From Pristiophorus japonicus (taxonomy: Eukaryota), in assembly GCF_044704955.1 (NCBI RefSeq), contig NC_091992.1:14198001-14262000 (forward strand): 64,000 nt of DNA, written 5' to 3'. Below, in pieces: positions 25,410 through 37,257 of the stretch. The notes under the pieces are model-generated. The model ran no database searches, was not told the origin of the DNA, and saw only the letters and a list, made by a program, of their open reading frames with translations. Position 1 is the stretch's first letter; each line of letters begins with the position of its first letter. The translations under genes were made by a program, and so were the position numbers.

Positions 25410-25529
25410 ATGGCGTCCTGCATGCGGCTGCTGGAGTGGGTCTTCTTCTTTTACTTCTTCACACACATTCCCATTACTTTGGCCATCGACTTGCAGGCTC
25501 TGCTACCCGAGTGGCTGTACCCGCCCGCA
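25410..25529 (+). CDS. TMEM97: TMEM97 (sigma-2 receptor, EXPERA domain) coding exon 1
   Basis: Kozak gccATGg; MASCMRLLEWVFFFYFFTHIPITLAIDLQALLPEWLYPPA; donor gtgagt, phase 0. Confidence 0.95.
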
Positions 25530-25878
25530 GTGAGTGTTTGCAACCATTGAGACAAGGCGACTGCATTTAGGGTTACCGCAACCCCTGTTCCAGCTCCCGG
25601 TCCCCGCTGGAGCGCGGCTCGATGCTGCACTACCGCTGAACAGCGAAAGTAGGAAGGCGAGAGTTCGGGAGGATCTCTGTCTCTTGCTGTGAGCCGCACC
25701 CCGGAGTTTGTAGCTCCGATATCCTTCTGAATCATGTCGGGATGAGTTGTTGCGCCAGAACCTCCCAGAAATCATTAACCTCAGTCGCATATTGAAGCAT
25801 AAGCAAGTGTACCGGCTGTTGCACCGATTCCCATTAAACTACTTCAAATTGTACAGGTTCTTATTGAACCCTGATTCC

Positions 25879-26176
25879 TGTTATATATGCAGCCTATAGA
25901 TATATGTGTAGTCACTGTATAGTTGCATAAGATGGAGACTTGTTTACCTGATGTACTATCAATAAGGTTTACAATGTGTATATACTATGCTGGCACCACG
26001 AGAGGGTGCAACTGGTGGAGACCGGAGTTTCCTGCCCTGGTGGCAGGGGCTGTATTAAAGGGTAGCCACCATGCGGCTGCCTCACTCTGGAGTTACGAAT
26101 AAAGGACCAAGGTCACTACAGTTTGAGTACAACATATTGTCTCGTGAAGTCATTCATAAGTGCTTTACAGACAACA
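25879..26176 (+). mobile_element. Solo LTR (298 bp) in TMEM97 intron 1
   Basis: tgtta...caaca, TSD attcc/attcc, AATAAA at 26098; reverse-complement similarity to 24455-24687. Confidence 0.85.
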
Positions 26177-27070
26177 ATTCCCATTGTACAGATTCTTATT
26201 TAACCAGTTCCCATTGTGCAGGTTCATATTGGACTGGTTAACATTACACAGGGAGTGTTTGCCAGTATCACTGGGCTGCAGCGCTATGTATTGTGCTGTG
26301 CAAATCCACCAAGCTCCAAGCCACCAGTCTGGGATCTGGTCGGCAAACACTTGGGGGTCTGTCCCAATGGCCAATATTAGGAGTTCTGGGTTTAGCTCAA
26401 GCCTGTCTTGCACATTTAGATACTGTGCGGTAAACCATCCAGCAAACCCACAGCTCCTGTGAAGGACTGGTTGTATGATATCTCTCGTGTTGCTTTCATA
26501 CCATACAGTCTGCCCCTGATATTTCAATGTCGATTCTTGTTTTTGAATTATCCCGTAATTGAGATTAAGGAACTGGAGTAAAACAACAATTCGGGATGTT
26601 TTAATGCAATTCAAATCATTCATTCATTCGAATTAAGCGACAGGGAGTTATCGGAACTAAACCGTTTGACACTTTCAGTGATGCTGTAACACCCAACGCA
26701 GCATCGAAGGTAGAGTTTAAAATGGGCAGATGATTATCAATGTTGGGAAGGTACCTAAAGAAGGTGCTTTTACACAACTGTTGATGCAAGGTCTGTGCAG
26801 GCGGCAACATTGGGAAATGTAAACTTATACAGCCAATGGCAACAGCGACCTCTGTGGATCCATTGTCAGAACTAAGACTTTCCTCAATTACCACAAATGA
26901 TCAGGGGCGGGGTCAGCCTGTTTCCATTGCGATCACCAGTGCATGATCAGGTGACCTTAGAGCACGATCACATAGTGTTCACCAATTTGCACAACATAGA
27001 ATAAATCAACATTTAATACACGCATACATTTTTAGTTTGACTGGGCAACTTGTTTTGCCTCCCTCCTGTT

Positions 27071-27492
27071 CCTAAGGAAACTCGCACACACTCGCACTGC
27101 ACAGTATCTAAGGAAACTCCTTCACACTCACTGCACAGTTTCTAAGGAAACTCCTTCACACTTGCACTGCACAGTATCCAAGGAAACTCGTGCACACTCG
27201 CACTGCACAGTATCTAAGGAAATCCCTTCGCACACTCACTGCACAGTATCTAAGGAAACTCCTTCACATTCACACTGCACAGTATCTAAGGAAACTCCTT
27301 CACACTTGCTGCACAGTATTTAAGGAAATCCCTTCACACACTTACTGCACTGTAAGGAAACTCCTTCACACTCTCACTGCACAGTATCTAAGGAAACTCG
27401 CGCACACTCGTACTGCACCGTATCTAAGGAAACTCCTTCACACTCACTGCACAGTAAGGAAACTCACGCACACTCGCACTGCACAGTATCTA
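27071..27492 (+). repeat. Minisatellite, ~35-bp unit, about 12 copies
   Basis: Unit ctaaggaaactccttcacactcactgcacagtat with variants. Confidence 0.95.
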
Positions 27493-27614
27493 ATGATACA
27501 TTAATACCCAGTATTGACTCTGAATGTGGAACACAGAAGAAAGGCTTTGATTGTAGTTGAACAAACTTTTAAAAATGTTAAATTTATTTTTAAATGCTAT
27601 ATTTCTTTCCACAG

Positions 27615-27759
27615 CTGCAAGGTTTATTAAAATGGTACGCAGCTCAGTTCAAAGACCCAATGATTATGGACCCTCCCGCATGGTTCAATGCATGCATTCT
27701 TTGTGAAGCATTGCTGCAGATGCCTTTCTTTCCTGTCGCAGCTTATGCTTTCTATAAAG
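27615..27759 (+). CDS. TMEM97: TMEM97 coding exon 2 (145 nt)
   Basis: Acceptor tttccacag; LQGLLKWYAAQFKDPMIMDPPAWF..EALLQMPFFPVAAYAFYK; donor gtcagt, phase 1. Confidence 0.95.
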
Positions 27760-28441
27760 GTCAGTGCAGTATTTCTTTACATTTGTAACTTATCTTAGTA
27801 TTCCCTCCCTCCATCACATCTGTATTTGCATCATTAATGCAATGTTGGTAGGTTGTACCATTATTTTAGATTATATCATGTAGCCAAAATGTGTGTCGCC
27901 GTGAGGATTGTTTGATTTTTTTTAATGGCGCATTAATACCAGATGAAAAATGTGGAACAATAAACAGGATTTTTTTTCTCTAACCGATTTTGATATGCCT
28001 TTTTTTGTTGCAATAACTATATCGTATGTTTCTGTATTCCATTACATCACATTCCCATTCTCACTTCTTGCTCCTCACTGGCCATTCAGTGTACTTCCCC
28101 AATCATAGACAGAAATTTCAATACAGAAGGAAGCCACTCGAACGATCAACCCCAAGACCAGTTCCCTGTATCTTTAAATATTTTGCTTTTAGAAATGTTT
28201 TATTTCCCCCTTAAATGTTGTGGTTGACTTGACTTTGTTAGTCACCAGTGATAGAGTTTTGTATTAACCTTTTACATGAAAAAAATCCTTTTAGCCTGTT
28301 CCTTGATTTTTCTAGGGCTAATTCTGAGTTTATGCCTTCTTGTTAGATTCAGTGAACAGTGGAAATAGTAATTCACTATTTATTGTCTCAGACTCTTTCA
28401 TAATTTTGAACACTTCTCGTTGATCCTATCCTTAACCATCT

Positions 28442-28722
28442 CATAGGAACATAGGAACAGTAGACCATTTAGCCCCTTGAGCCTGTTCCGCCATTCAATG
28501 AAATCACGTCGGTTTTGTGACCTAATTCCATATACCTGCTTTTGGCCCATAACCCCTAATATCTTTGGTTAACAAAAAGCTATCAATATCAGATTTAAAA
28601 TGAGCATTTGATCCAGCATCAGTTGCCATTTGCAGAAGAGAGTTCCAAATGTCTACCACCAAATGTCTAATGTGTAGAAGTGTTTCTTAATTTCACTCCT
28701 GAAAGGTCTGGCTCTAATTTTT
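28442..28722 (-). mobile_element. CR1 3' fragment
   Basis: (cataggaa)n tail, gagcctgttccgccattcaatg. Confidence 0.7.
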
Positions 28723-28963
28723 ATCTCACTCCAGTGATCACATCCTTGATTTTAAGTCTCTTGTCATAACTATATCCTCTCATTTCGGGAATCATCTGAG
28801 TGATTAGGCTGTACCTTTTCCATGGTTGGAAAATTCTTTCTTCAATGGAATGTCTAAAGCGGCACACAGTTCTCCAATCAAAACCTAACCAATGTCTTGT
28901 ATTGGTTCATCACCACTTCCTTGCTTTTGTATTTAGTGCCCCTATTTATATGGAAAAAAGAGA

Positions 28964-29272
28964 CTTCTCAGTCTCCTTGATAAAGTGCAACATTCCCAGC
29001 GACTCCTGGGAATCCCTGGTCCACAATTGTCCAAAGTGGAGGAAGAGCATACGTGAGGGCGCTGAGCACCCCGAGTCCCATCGCCGAGACCATGCAGAAA
29101 CCAAGCGTAGACAGTGGAAGGAGCGTGCGGCAAACCAGTCCCACCCACCCTTTCCTTCAACCACTGTCTGCCCCACCTGTGACAGAGACTGTAGGTCCCG
29201 CATTGGACTCCTCAGCTTTTAGAGTGGAAGCAAGTCATCCTAGACTCCGAGGGACTGCCTATGATGATGATG
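28964..29272 (+). mobile_element. RTE LINE 3' fragment
   Basis: SLIKCNIPSDSWE..CPTCDRDCRSRIGL and (gat)n tail. Flanked by a ~43-bp imperfect duplication (tgcttttgtatt.agtgcc.ctatttata.g.aaaaagagactt at ~28922 and ~29271). Confidence 0.85.
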
Positions 29273-29534
29273 CTTTTGTATTCAGTGCCTCTATTTATAC
29301 GAAAAAAGAGACTTTTCAGTCTACAGTTATACTGCCTTTTTTGCGGTGCAGCAAAGTGAAAACTAGGAATCTGACTCTAGTGCTTTAAAATAGGAGTGAA
29401 ATGTCTGTCAGTTTATGGGTTTCCAGTTCATTTTCCAATTTACAGTACTGTAGTTCAGCAAAAAGAATATTAAAACCCTGTCGTTTCACACCCTGTAGGT
29501 TGAACAGAAGTTTCTTAAGTTTTTCACTTTATCA

Positions 29535-29950
29535 TTTTTTTTTAATTCGCTCACGGGATGTGGGCGTCACTGGCAAGGCATTGCCCATCCCCAGTTGCCC
29601 TTGAGAAACTGCCACCTTTAAACCGCTGCAGTTCATGTGGTGAATGTACAATGACTGTCGTAGAAGTTTTGTACAACTGAGTGGCATGTTGGGCCATTTC
29701 AAAGGGCAGAACGGGTAAGGACGGCAGATTTCCTTCCCTAAAGGACATTAGTGAACCAGATGGGTTTTTACGACAACCAGGTAGTTTCGTGGTCACCATT
29801 ACTGATACTAACTGTTCTATTCCAGATTTATTTAATTAACTGAGTTTAAATTTCCCAGCTATTGGTGGGATTTGAATTTGCGTCTCAGGATTATTAGTCC
29901 AGGCCTCTGGATTACTAGTCCAGTAACATAACCACAATGCTACCGTACCC
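29535..29950 (-). mobile_element. tRNA-derived SINE, second family
   Basis: Colinear with 6382-6821. Confidence 0.8.
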
Positions 29951-30775
29951 AAATACATTATGATGAGTGTATGAACTTGTTGTCATCACATTAACATGCA
30001 CATATCCTAGAGCCTCCAACTGGCTTTGGATTCACGAAAAGTTTCAATCCGTCTGAGTGACGCTATAACTCTGGTCTAGCGAACCATCAGTTGTTTGAAC
30101 GTAAATGGATCTCAAATTTTGGCACGTGTAACTTGTGCCTAAGTGTCACATCCCCCAAGCAGTCCCACAACTCCCATTGCGTTCTTGATCACTGCTTCGT
30201 TGCTCTAGAGAGGCGGCAGAGAAAATAAAACAGCCACTGCCTCTTGACGGGGAGGGAACAAGCAGAAAGAGTTGTTCCTGAGGTGCTGCTGCACATGTCC
30301 CACCAGCTGATCAGAGCAGCACTTCAGAGACCTGGGAGCAGGTCATTTGGCTGCTTTCTTGGCTGCAGTCAGTGACTCAGTGGCAACTAAGAGGCAGCGG
30401 TAGAGAAAATACAGTGATTGAGTCAATGTCGATAATCCAATCTTGGGTTTCAGATTTTGTAGATAAACTGCTTAAGATTTGCTTTTGCAGTTTATTGTGA
30501 CAGTTGAATCCTTAAATAGGCTAGTGCCAGGAAAAACAGTAGAGGGAAAATTGAATTCCTGCAGATTACAGCAAATAGCATTCCTGAAGATATTCTGTTT
30601 GCTTTAGGGATCTCGGAATTTTTTGTTGGATGACTCTACCAGATAAATAGTGACAACTATTATCTTGCTATTTGTATTGTATATCTATTGCAGGATTTAA
30701 CACAATCATACCATACAACCTGAAGTAAACTGTGACTGAGAGTGAAGCAAAATTAACATTAGGAACTGAGAGAGA

Positions 30776-31097
30776 GAAAGAAAGAAAAGACTTGCATTTA
30801 TATAGCGCCTTTCACGACCGCCAGATGTCTCAAAGCGCTTTACAGCCAATGAAGTACTTTTTGAAGTGTAGTTACTGTTGTAATGTGGGAAACGCGGCAG
30901 CCAATTTATCCACAGCAAGCTCCCACAAACAGCAATGTGATAATGACCAGATAATCTGTTTTTATGTTGATTGAGAGATAAATATTGGCCAGGACACCGG
31001 GGATAACTCCTGTGCTCTTTTTCAAAATAGTGCCATGGAATCTTCAGAGTGTGGACAGGGCCTCGGTTTAACGTCTCATCCAAAAGGCAGCACCACC
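30776..31097 (-). mobile_element. Deu-domain SINE, 5'-truncated
   Basis: Reverse complement of the 12573 copy. Confidence 0.85.
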
Positions 31098-31409
31098 TGG
31101 AGTGGAAAGGCAGAATTTGTTTTGGATCTGTATGAATTGAGCTGAGTGCTGCAGAGACATTGATGATGTTCATTCGCTTCCCCCCCGCTCTGCCATTATA
31201 AATCATTCCTGTCACTCACACTGGCTTTGAAAGGACTGACAGCTGTGATGTTCATAATATGGCAAACCATGAAGATGGGAATATCAGGTCTACTGTGTGT
31301 CTCATCTTATTTCCTCTGCTTTTTCCTGCGAGGGCCTTCCTGCACAATGAACTTTACCATATCGAGCATGGACTGCAGGCTTGTGTTTGTGTGTCTGCCA
31401 GCTTGCACC

Positions 31410-31855
31410 TGCCAGCTGTGGGTGCAGTGTCGGCTGTGTAGCACTCTTGCCTCTGAGTCAGAAGGTTGTGGGTTCAAATCCCGCTCCAGTGACCTGAGCA
31501 CAAAATTCCAGGCTGGCACTCCAGCACAGTGCTGAGGGAGTGCTGCACTGTCGGAGCTGCCATTTTTCATTAAACCGAGGCCCCATCTATCCTCTCGGGT
31601 GGATGCTGAAAGATCCCATGGCACTATTTTGAAGAGGAGCAGGGCAATTCTCCCTGGTGTCCTGGCCAATATTTATCCCTCAACCAGCATCACCAAAAAA
31701 AGATTATCTGGTCTTATCAAATTGCTGTTCGTGGGAGCTTGCTGTGTGGAAATTGTCGGTCGCGTTTCCCTACATTACAACAGTACTTAATTGACTGTAA
31801 GCACTTTGGGGCATCCTGAGGTAGTGAAAGACATAAATGCAAGTCTTTCTTCCTT
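31410..31855 (+). mobile_element. Deu-domain SINE
   Basis: tRNA head, Deu core and tail; inverted relative to the 30776 copy in the same intron. Confidence 0.8.
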
Positions 31856-32152
31856 TAAGGATTGACTAAGCTTCCCTCCCTGTGGCCATAGTGCTTTTTC
31901 ACAATAAACCAAGATAAGAGTCACCATTTTGGGAATTGTGGATATAGAATCATATCCTGTGCCTTCAAGGCAGTCTCTAAAACTAATTTAAGTCCCTCTA
32001 ATTTCTTTTTTTTTAAACATCCAAAGAACTATTTATACAACATGACATTTTGTTTTACATTTCAAAGGTCATGCCTGGAATAATCCACATAAATACACAA
32101 TGGAGAGAAGTATGATTAATAATATAATGCTTTGTATTACTCTTACATGCAG

Positions 32153-32403
32153 GAAGTTGCTCATGGATAAGGACACCCGCTATCGTGTACTCCACACATG
32201 TGGCTACAACAGTCATTTCCATCCTTGCACATATTCTGTTTAACGACTTCTCAAAATCGACATACCCAGGACCAAATACCTTGTCAGAACGGTTGTCTCT
32301 CTTAGCTATTTACGCTCCCTATTTACTAATCCCGATTATGATCTTGCTAACCATGCTTTTCAGCAAAAGGTATAATCCTGATGAGGAAAAGAAGAGACGG
32401 TAA
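32153..32403 (+). CDS. TMEM97: TMEM97 coding exon 3 to stop (total 171 aa)
   Basis: Acceptor catgcag; GSCSWIRTPAIVYSTHVATT..YAPYLLIPIMILLTML..EEKKRR*; C-terminal KKxx ER-retrieval motif; 120+145+251=516 nt. Confidence 0.95.
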
Positions 32404-32484
32404 CTGCTTCCAAGTGGATCATTTCCCATTTTTCCCTCGGTGCTCCATTTGGAATTACGGTCTTATAATTTGGGAGCAATTTGT

Positions 32485-32508
32485 AATAAAATTGTAAATC
32501 TGAATAAA
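32485..32508 (+). terminator. Two AATAAA poly(A) signals for TMEM97
   Basis: aataaa at 32485 and 32503, about 80-100 nt after the stop. Confidence 0.6.
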
Positions 32509-34178
32509 ATAGGATGTGCGTGAAGACTTTACTGTCACAGCAGAGCTGCCCTCTGTTTAATTTCAGTTAAAATTGACAGGATCACAAAGTGTGTACCATG
32601 GAGCCTCAGAGGCCACATAGAAAGTTTAAATCCATGTTCCCATTAATTTGTATATATCTCGTGTTGCTGATACTAAGAGACCTTGGTCATCTGATTTATC
32701 AATAGGGTAACAGTGCTAAGAACAACTCTTTCCAAATGGCCAGTTCAAACAGGGGCATACAGGCACACCGAATTGCCTGCACTTTGAGAGCTGGATTTCC
32801 AGCGCTCATTTAAAAAAAAATCTCATAATACTCCTGTGAAGCGCCTTTGCACATTTCACTATGTTCAAGGCGCTATATAAATACAAGTTGTTGTTGCTGC
32901 ATCTGGCCCTAGGACCACAGGTTAGATAATCTGATTTAGCCCTTTTGGTCTCCGTAATCCACCTTCAATTCCTGTGCCCAGCTTCTTAAATGGGACCATT
33001 TTCCTGCCACCCTCCCTAGCAACCTATTGAGCTTGTTGGATCACCCTGTTTAGAGAAATACATTCTGGCTTCTGCCCTGAATTTGCTCCTCAAAACTTTG
33101 ACTATTCGTCACTAATATTTGGATTACTCTATGGATTCTGTTTTCCAATCAATTGTTCAGGAGTGAGATTATTTAAAAATTGTATGCCAGCAACATGATA
33201 GTTGGATCAGAAAGTTGCTGTATTTGGGCAGTAGAAGGATGAACAGCCATTATTCCTGTACACTTGTACCTTGGTGTATGGTATCGAGGATCATATGATA
33301 CTGATGATCTTGGAAATGCACTATCAATAAACAGTATTTTAATTCCTGTACTTATGCTTGGGAGAACCTTTCTTTGTATTTTATTAATGATGGATAATTT
33401 GATGTTTTCAGTGTCACATGACAGGTTCTCTCAATGTTCCCCGACACACACACATACTGATAAAAGGCAGGTAAAACATTGGAGTATTCTGGAGGACAAC
33501 AAAAGAATTGATTGTACATTTTAGATTGAGTTATGAAGTGAGGCTAAGAAAGTTAAATCTATTCTCTAGCAAAAATATTTTTAAGATGGATATGATTCAA
33601 GTTAAAGTAATGAGGAGGATATAGCAAAGGATAAGTTTGTGCAAAGCCAGGACAAGAATACATGATTATAAACCTCTTCATGTTTTGTTATTTCCAGGAT
33701 GTGCCTGACACTGGCAATGCTGCATTAGTTGTCTATCACTAATCGCCCTGAAATGGTGGACCTTATTCTTGAAACACTGCAATCCTCTCGCACCAGTGTT
33801 AAGTTGGGAATTCTGTGATTTTGACCCAGCACTAATGAAAGAACGGTGGTATATGTCCAAGTCAGAATAGTGAGAGACTTGGGAGAGGCATTTGCAGGTG
33901 ATGGGTGCTCCCATGATATTATTACTTTTGCCCTTCCGACTAGTAGTCACCAGAGGTGCTGTCAAAGAAAGAATTATGGAGTGGACCGCTACCTGGTACA
34001 GAAAATACTGACTCTGTTGAAGCATTCCGAAGAGAATTGCTCCAAGCCCCAACTCTGAGCCGAGGGATCAGAGCGCGACAAAAAAAATTATTATGCACCT
34101 AATTGGGTCCTGGAAAATGGACACAGATAATGGAGCAAGCTGGATTAGCTGGTTGTCCTATTCAGTGCTATAGTATAG

Positions 34179-35241
34179 TCGGTGTCTTTGAGTGTTTCCC
34201 CGTTCTTGGCCAGCAGTGGACTGCGGCCTTGGGTGTTTGGGCCGTAGGTGGCCTTGACTGCGATGAAGAATCCTCGCACGTCATGGCTGTCGGCCAGCTG
34301 CTGTATCTTCTGTGCTTTCTCCATCCACCACCTGTTCTTTAGGTCCCAGGTTTTTTTGTTGGACTTCAGTCTTGAGCCATCTCTAATGCTGCTTTGCTGC
34401 TCCCGAGTTGAGTTGTTAAGGCTCAGAAATGCCCTGTACTTGCGATCTATTAGCTCATGGATCTCCTGATCGTTCTCATTGAACCAGTCCTAGAGATCCA
34501 ACACCGCCTCCTGTGCACCAGCACAACCTGAGGAAATGAGTGTTTGGAGAACAGGCCCTCAAAACTGCCACCAAGCTCATGGTCTACAGGGCTGTAGTGA
34601 TACCCGCCCCCCTGTATGGCTCAGAAACATGGACCATGTACAGTAGACACCTCAAGTCGCTGGAGAAATACCACCAACTATGTCGCCGCAAGATCCTACA
34701 AATCCCCTGGGAGGACAGACACACCAACATTAGCATCCTCGACCAGGCCAACATCCCCAGCATTGAAGCACTGAGCACACTTAATCCGCTCCGATGGGCA
34801 GGCCACATAGTTCGTATGCCAGACAAGAGACTCCCAAAGCAAGCGCTCTACTTGGAACTGCTTCACGGCAAACGAGCCAAAGGTGGGCAGTGGAAACGTT
34901 ACAAGGACACCCTCAAAGCCTCCCTGATAAAGTGCAACATCCCCATCAACACCTGGGAGACCCTGGCCAAAGACCGCTCTAAGTGGAGGAAGTGCATCCA
35001 GGTGGGCGCTGAGCACCTCGAGTCTCATCGCCGAGAGCATGCAGAAATCAAGCGCAGGTTGCGGAAAGAGCGTGCGGCAAACCAGTCCCACCCACCCCTT
35101 CTCTCAACGGTTATCTGCCCCACCTGTGACAGAGACTGTGCTTCTCGAATTGGACTGTACAGCCACCTAAGGACTCCTTTAAGAGTGGAAGCAAGTCTTC
35201 CTCGATTCCGAGGGACTGCCTATGCTGCTGATGATGATGAT
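34179..35241 (+). mobile_element. RTE LINE with an inverted 5' segment (34179-34491 minus, 34493-35241 plus)
   Basis: Plus part: TKLMVYRAVVIP..LRWAGHIVRM..CPTCDR with (gat)n tail. Minus part encodes DWFNENDQEI..WWMEKAQKIQ, from upstream of the RT domain. Confidence 0.85.
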
Positions 35242-36307
35242 ATGTTCGACAACTCCTTGCTTAATTTAAAAAGGACTGTGAATGTGGTAAGCATAAACTT
35301 AGAAATGAGAAATTTTACTGGGCCGAAAGCTGATCAACCATAACTGAAGCAGCAGTATAACTAAACACAAAAATATATATTTTGGCATTGATCTCAAATA
35401 CTATTGCAATATATAATCACAGCTAAATGAAATTCTGTTGGAACATTTTGGTCCTAGATGAAGATGGTGTTTAGTTTGAGACCTCAGTATACCGTATTGG
35501 ATTTATATAAATATCAATTGAAACAGTCACTTGGATTGTGTGTTTTCAACTGGGTTAAATTCAAATAAATCTATTCAATACTTTTTATGTAGAGGAGTTC
35601 AGTCCTGATTAAATATGCAGTAATGTAACTGGTAATAAAAAGTGGACTTTCATGAAATTGCTGTGAAGTATTTTCCCAATAACTTACTTCTGTAAAAGTG
35701 ATTGAATTTTTAATAGGACTAATGACACTATCCTCAAACCTACATTTTTATGGCTTATCTTGCAACAAATTACTCTGATTTATTCATCTGATTGTGTTCT
35801 TTGTAAGTGGGATGTTTCCAAGAATTTACCACACTGTGGGGCAGTTGAATGGAAGTGGTTCAATAATAAAAGGGATATATGGGCTGTGCTGGTTTTCACT
35901 GTACCAAATCCGTTTATACTGAGGACTCTAGTAACAAACAATGGGCAGAACATGTGCATGCCTCGCATATATGCAGTTATTACAAAGTCACATTTCCCCA
36001 CTTTGTGGATCCGGCCACTGACCTTCTGCAGTGTTGGGGGAAGGGGAGGGAGAAGTCCAGATAAGCCAGCAATGCTGAAACCATATTACTTATTTGAACA
36101 GAAAGGCTAAGAGGCCAACCCACTCACAGCCCAATGCCAAATGTTGGTGCGTGTTGTCTACATTTCCTGGTGGGGTAACAGCCCAAACCACTAGTTTATG
36201 GTGCAAGTTTTCTTTCTGTCAGCGTTCTTTACATCAGAGGCAATCCTGCAGTGCACAGACACACCAGACACCGCTGTGGTGGGTAAGGCACAGCTTAGAA
36301 CATCAGT

Positions 36308-36383
36308 TTTATTCATGTTCTCAAAGGGACACTCGTGAGATGATGGTCTACACATTTCACACTAAGTTGTGGAACTATTTATT
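36308..36383 (-). terminator. Candidate IFT20 poly(A) signals
   Basis: tttatt (AATAAA on minus) at 36378-83 and 36308-13, in an AT-rich 3' UTR. Confidence 0.5.
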
Positions 36384-36718
36384 AACAATAACAGAATATA
36401 CAAAACAATAAAGGATAACAAAATATTTACACGTAACGTACGTGTTCTGATGCTTGTGGAAATGCCATCCTAAAAAAGTGGATATTAAAATTGTTACAAA
36501 TAGCTTATGTAGTCCAAACAACCACATACAAACCTGCATTATAGAAATACCTGCTGGATATATATATTCATTGAAAAATGAAAAGGCAATGCAAAAATGC
36601 ACCGTGTGTAAAACCACTGTTTTGATGGAATGCCATAATGGATTAATCACTGCAAACTTCACTGCATCGTTGCAGAGAAAAAAAAACGCTTCTCTTTTTA
36701 GTGTCTTCCCTTCCCATT

Positions 36719-36800
36719 TTATTTCTGAAGAATGAACTGATCAATGAATTCATTTTGTTCGGCTTCTACTTTTGATAGTGCGTCATACTCGATCCGGTAC
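36719..36800 (-). CDS. IFT20: IFT20 coding exon 4 to stop (total 132 aa)
   Basis: Acceptor ttttacag; [26 protein letters not shown]; 127+86+104+82=399 nt. Confidence 0.96.
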
Positions 36801-37083
36801 CTGTAAAAAAAGAGAATGGTCCGTGTTACACATTTATCTACATGATGCATGTGTCTATTCTGGGGGAGGGGAAGCTGCACCTTTATGCATCTCTCTAAGT
36901 TGATCCCCGCTATGAAGACGGAGTACTGCGCAGATCATTGCCTATGAAAACATTAGGAAATTGAGACAAAAAAACTGAAGTATAACTGAGACACTCAGTA
37001 CAGAATTATTATTTAACAAAAATCTAAATCTTCATTAGTGTTGAAGAATAAACACTTCGAAAATTTGAGGGGGGATATTTCAT

Positions 37084-37257
37084 GTCATCATCACAGGCGG
37101 TCCCTCGAAATGAGGATGACTTGCTTCCATGCCAAAAAAAAAGGATGAGTTCACAGGTGTTTTGAAGAAGAACCCGAACTACATCCTCAAGAATGGAAGA
37201 TGTCTGTGCGTGGATTTTTTTAACGTGTGGTGGCCGTTGCACACCAGCCACTACACT
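37084..37257 (-). mobile_element. RTE-tailed SINE-like fragment
   Basis: tcatcatcacaggcggtccctcg..gaggatgacttgcttcca; related to 12000-12096. Confidence 0.6.

Noticed and set aside
27071-27492. CRISPR-like array, or the repetitive 104-aa ORF at 27190-27504
   Set aside because: The units are contiguous with no unique spacers, the context is a vertebrate intron and there are no cas genes. The ORF is a by-product of the minisatellite.
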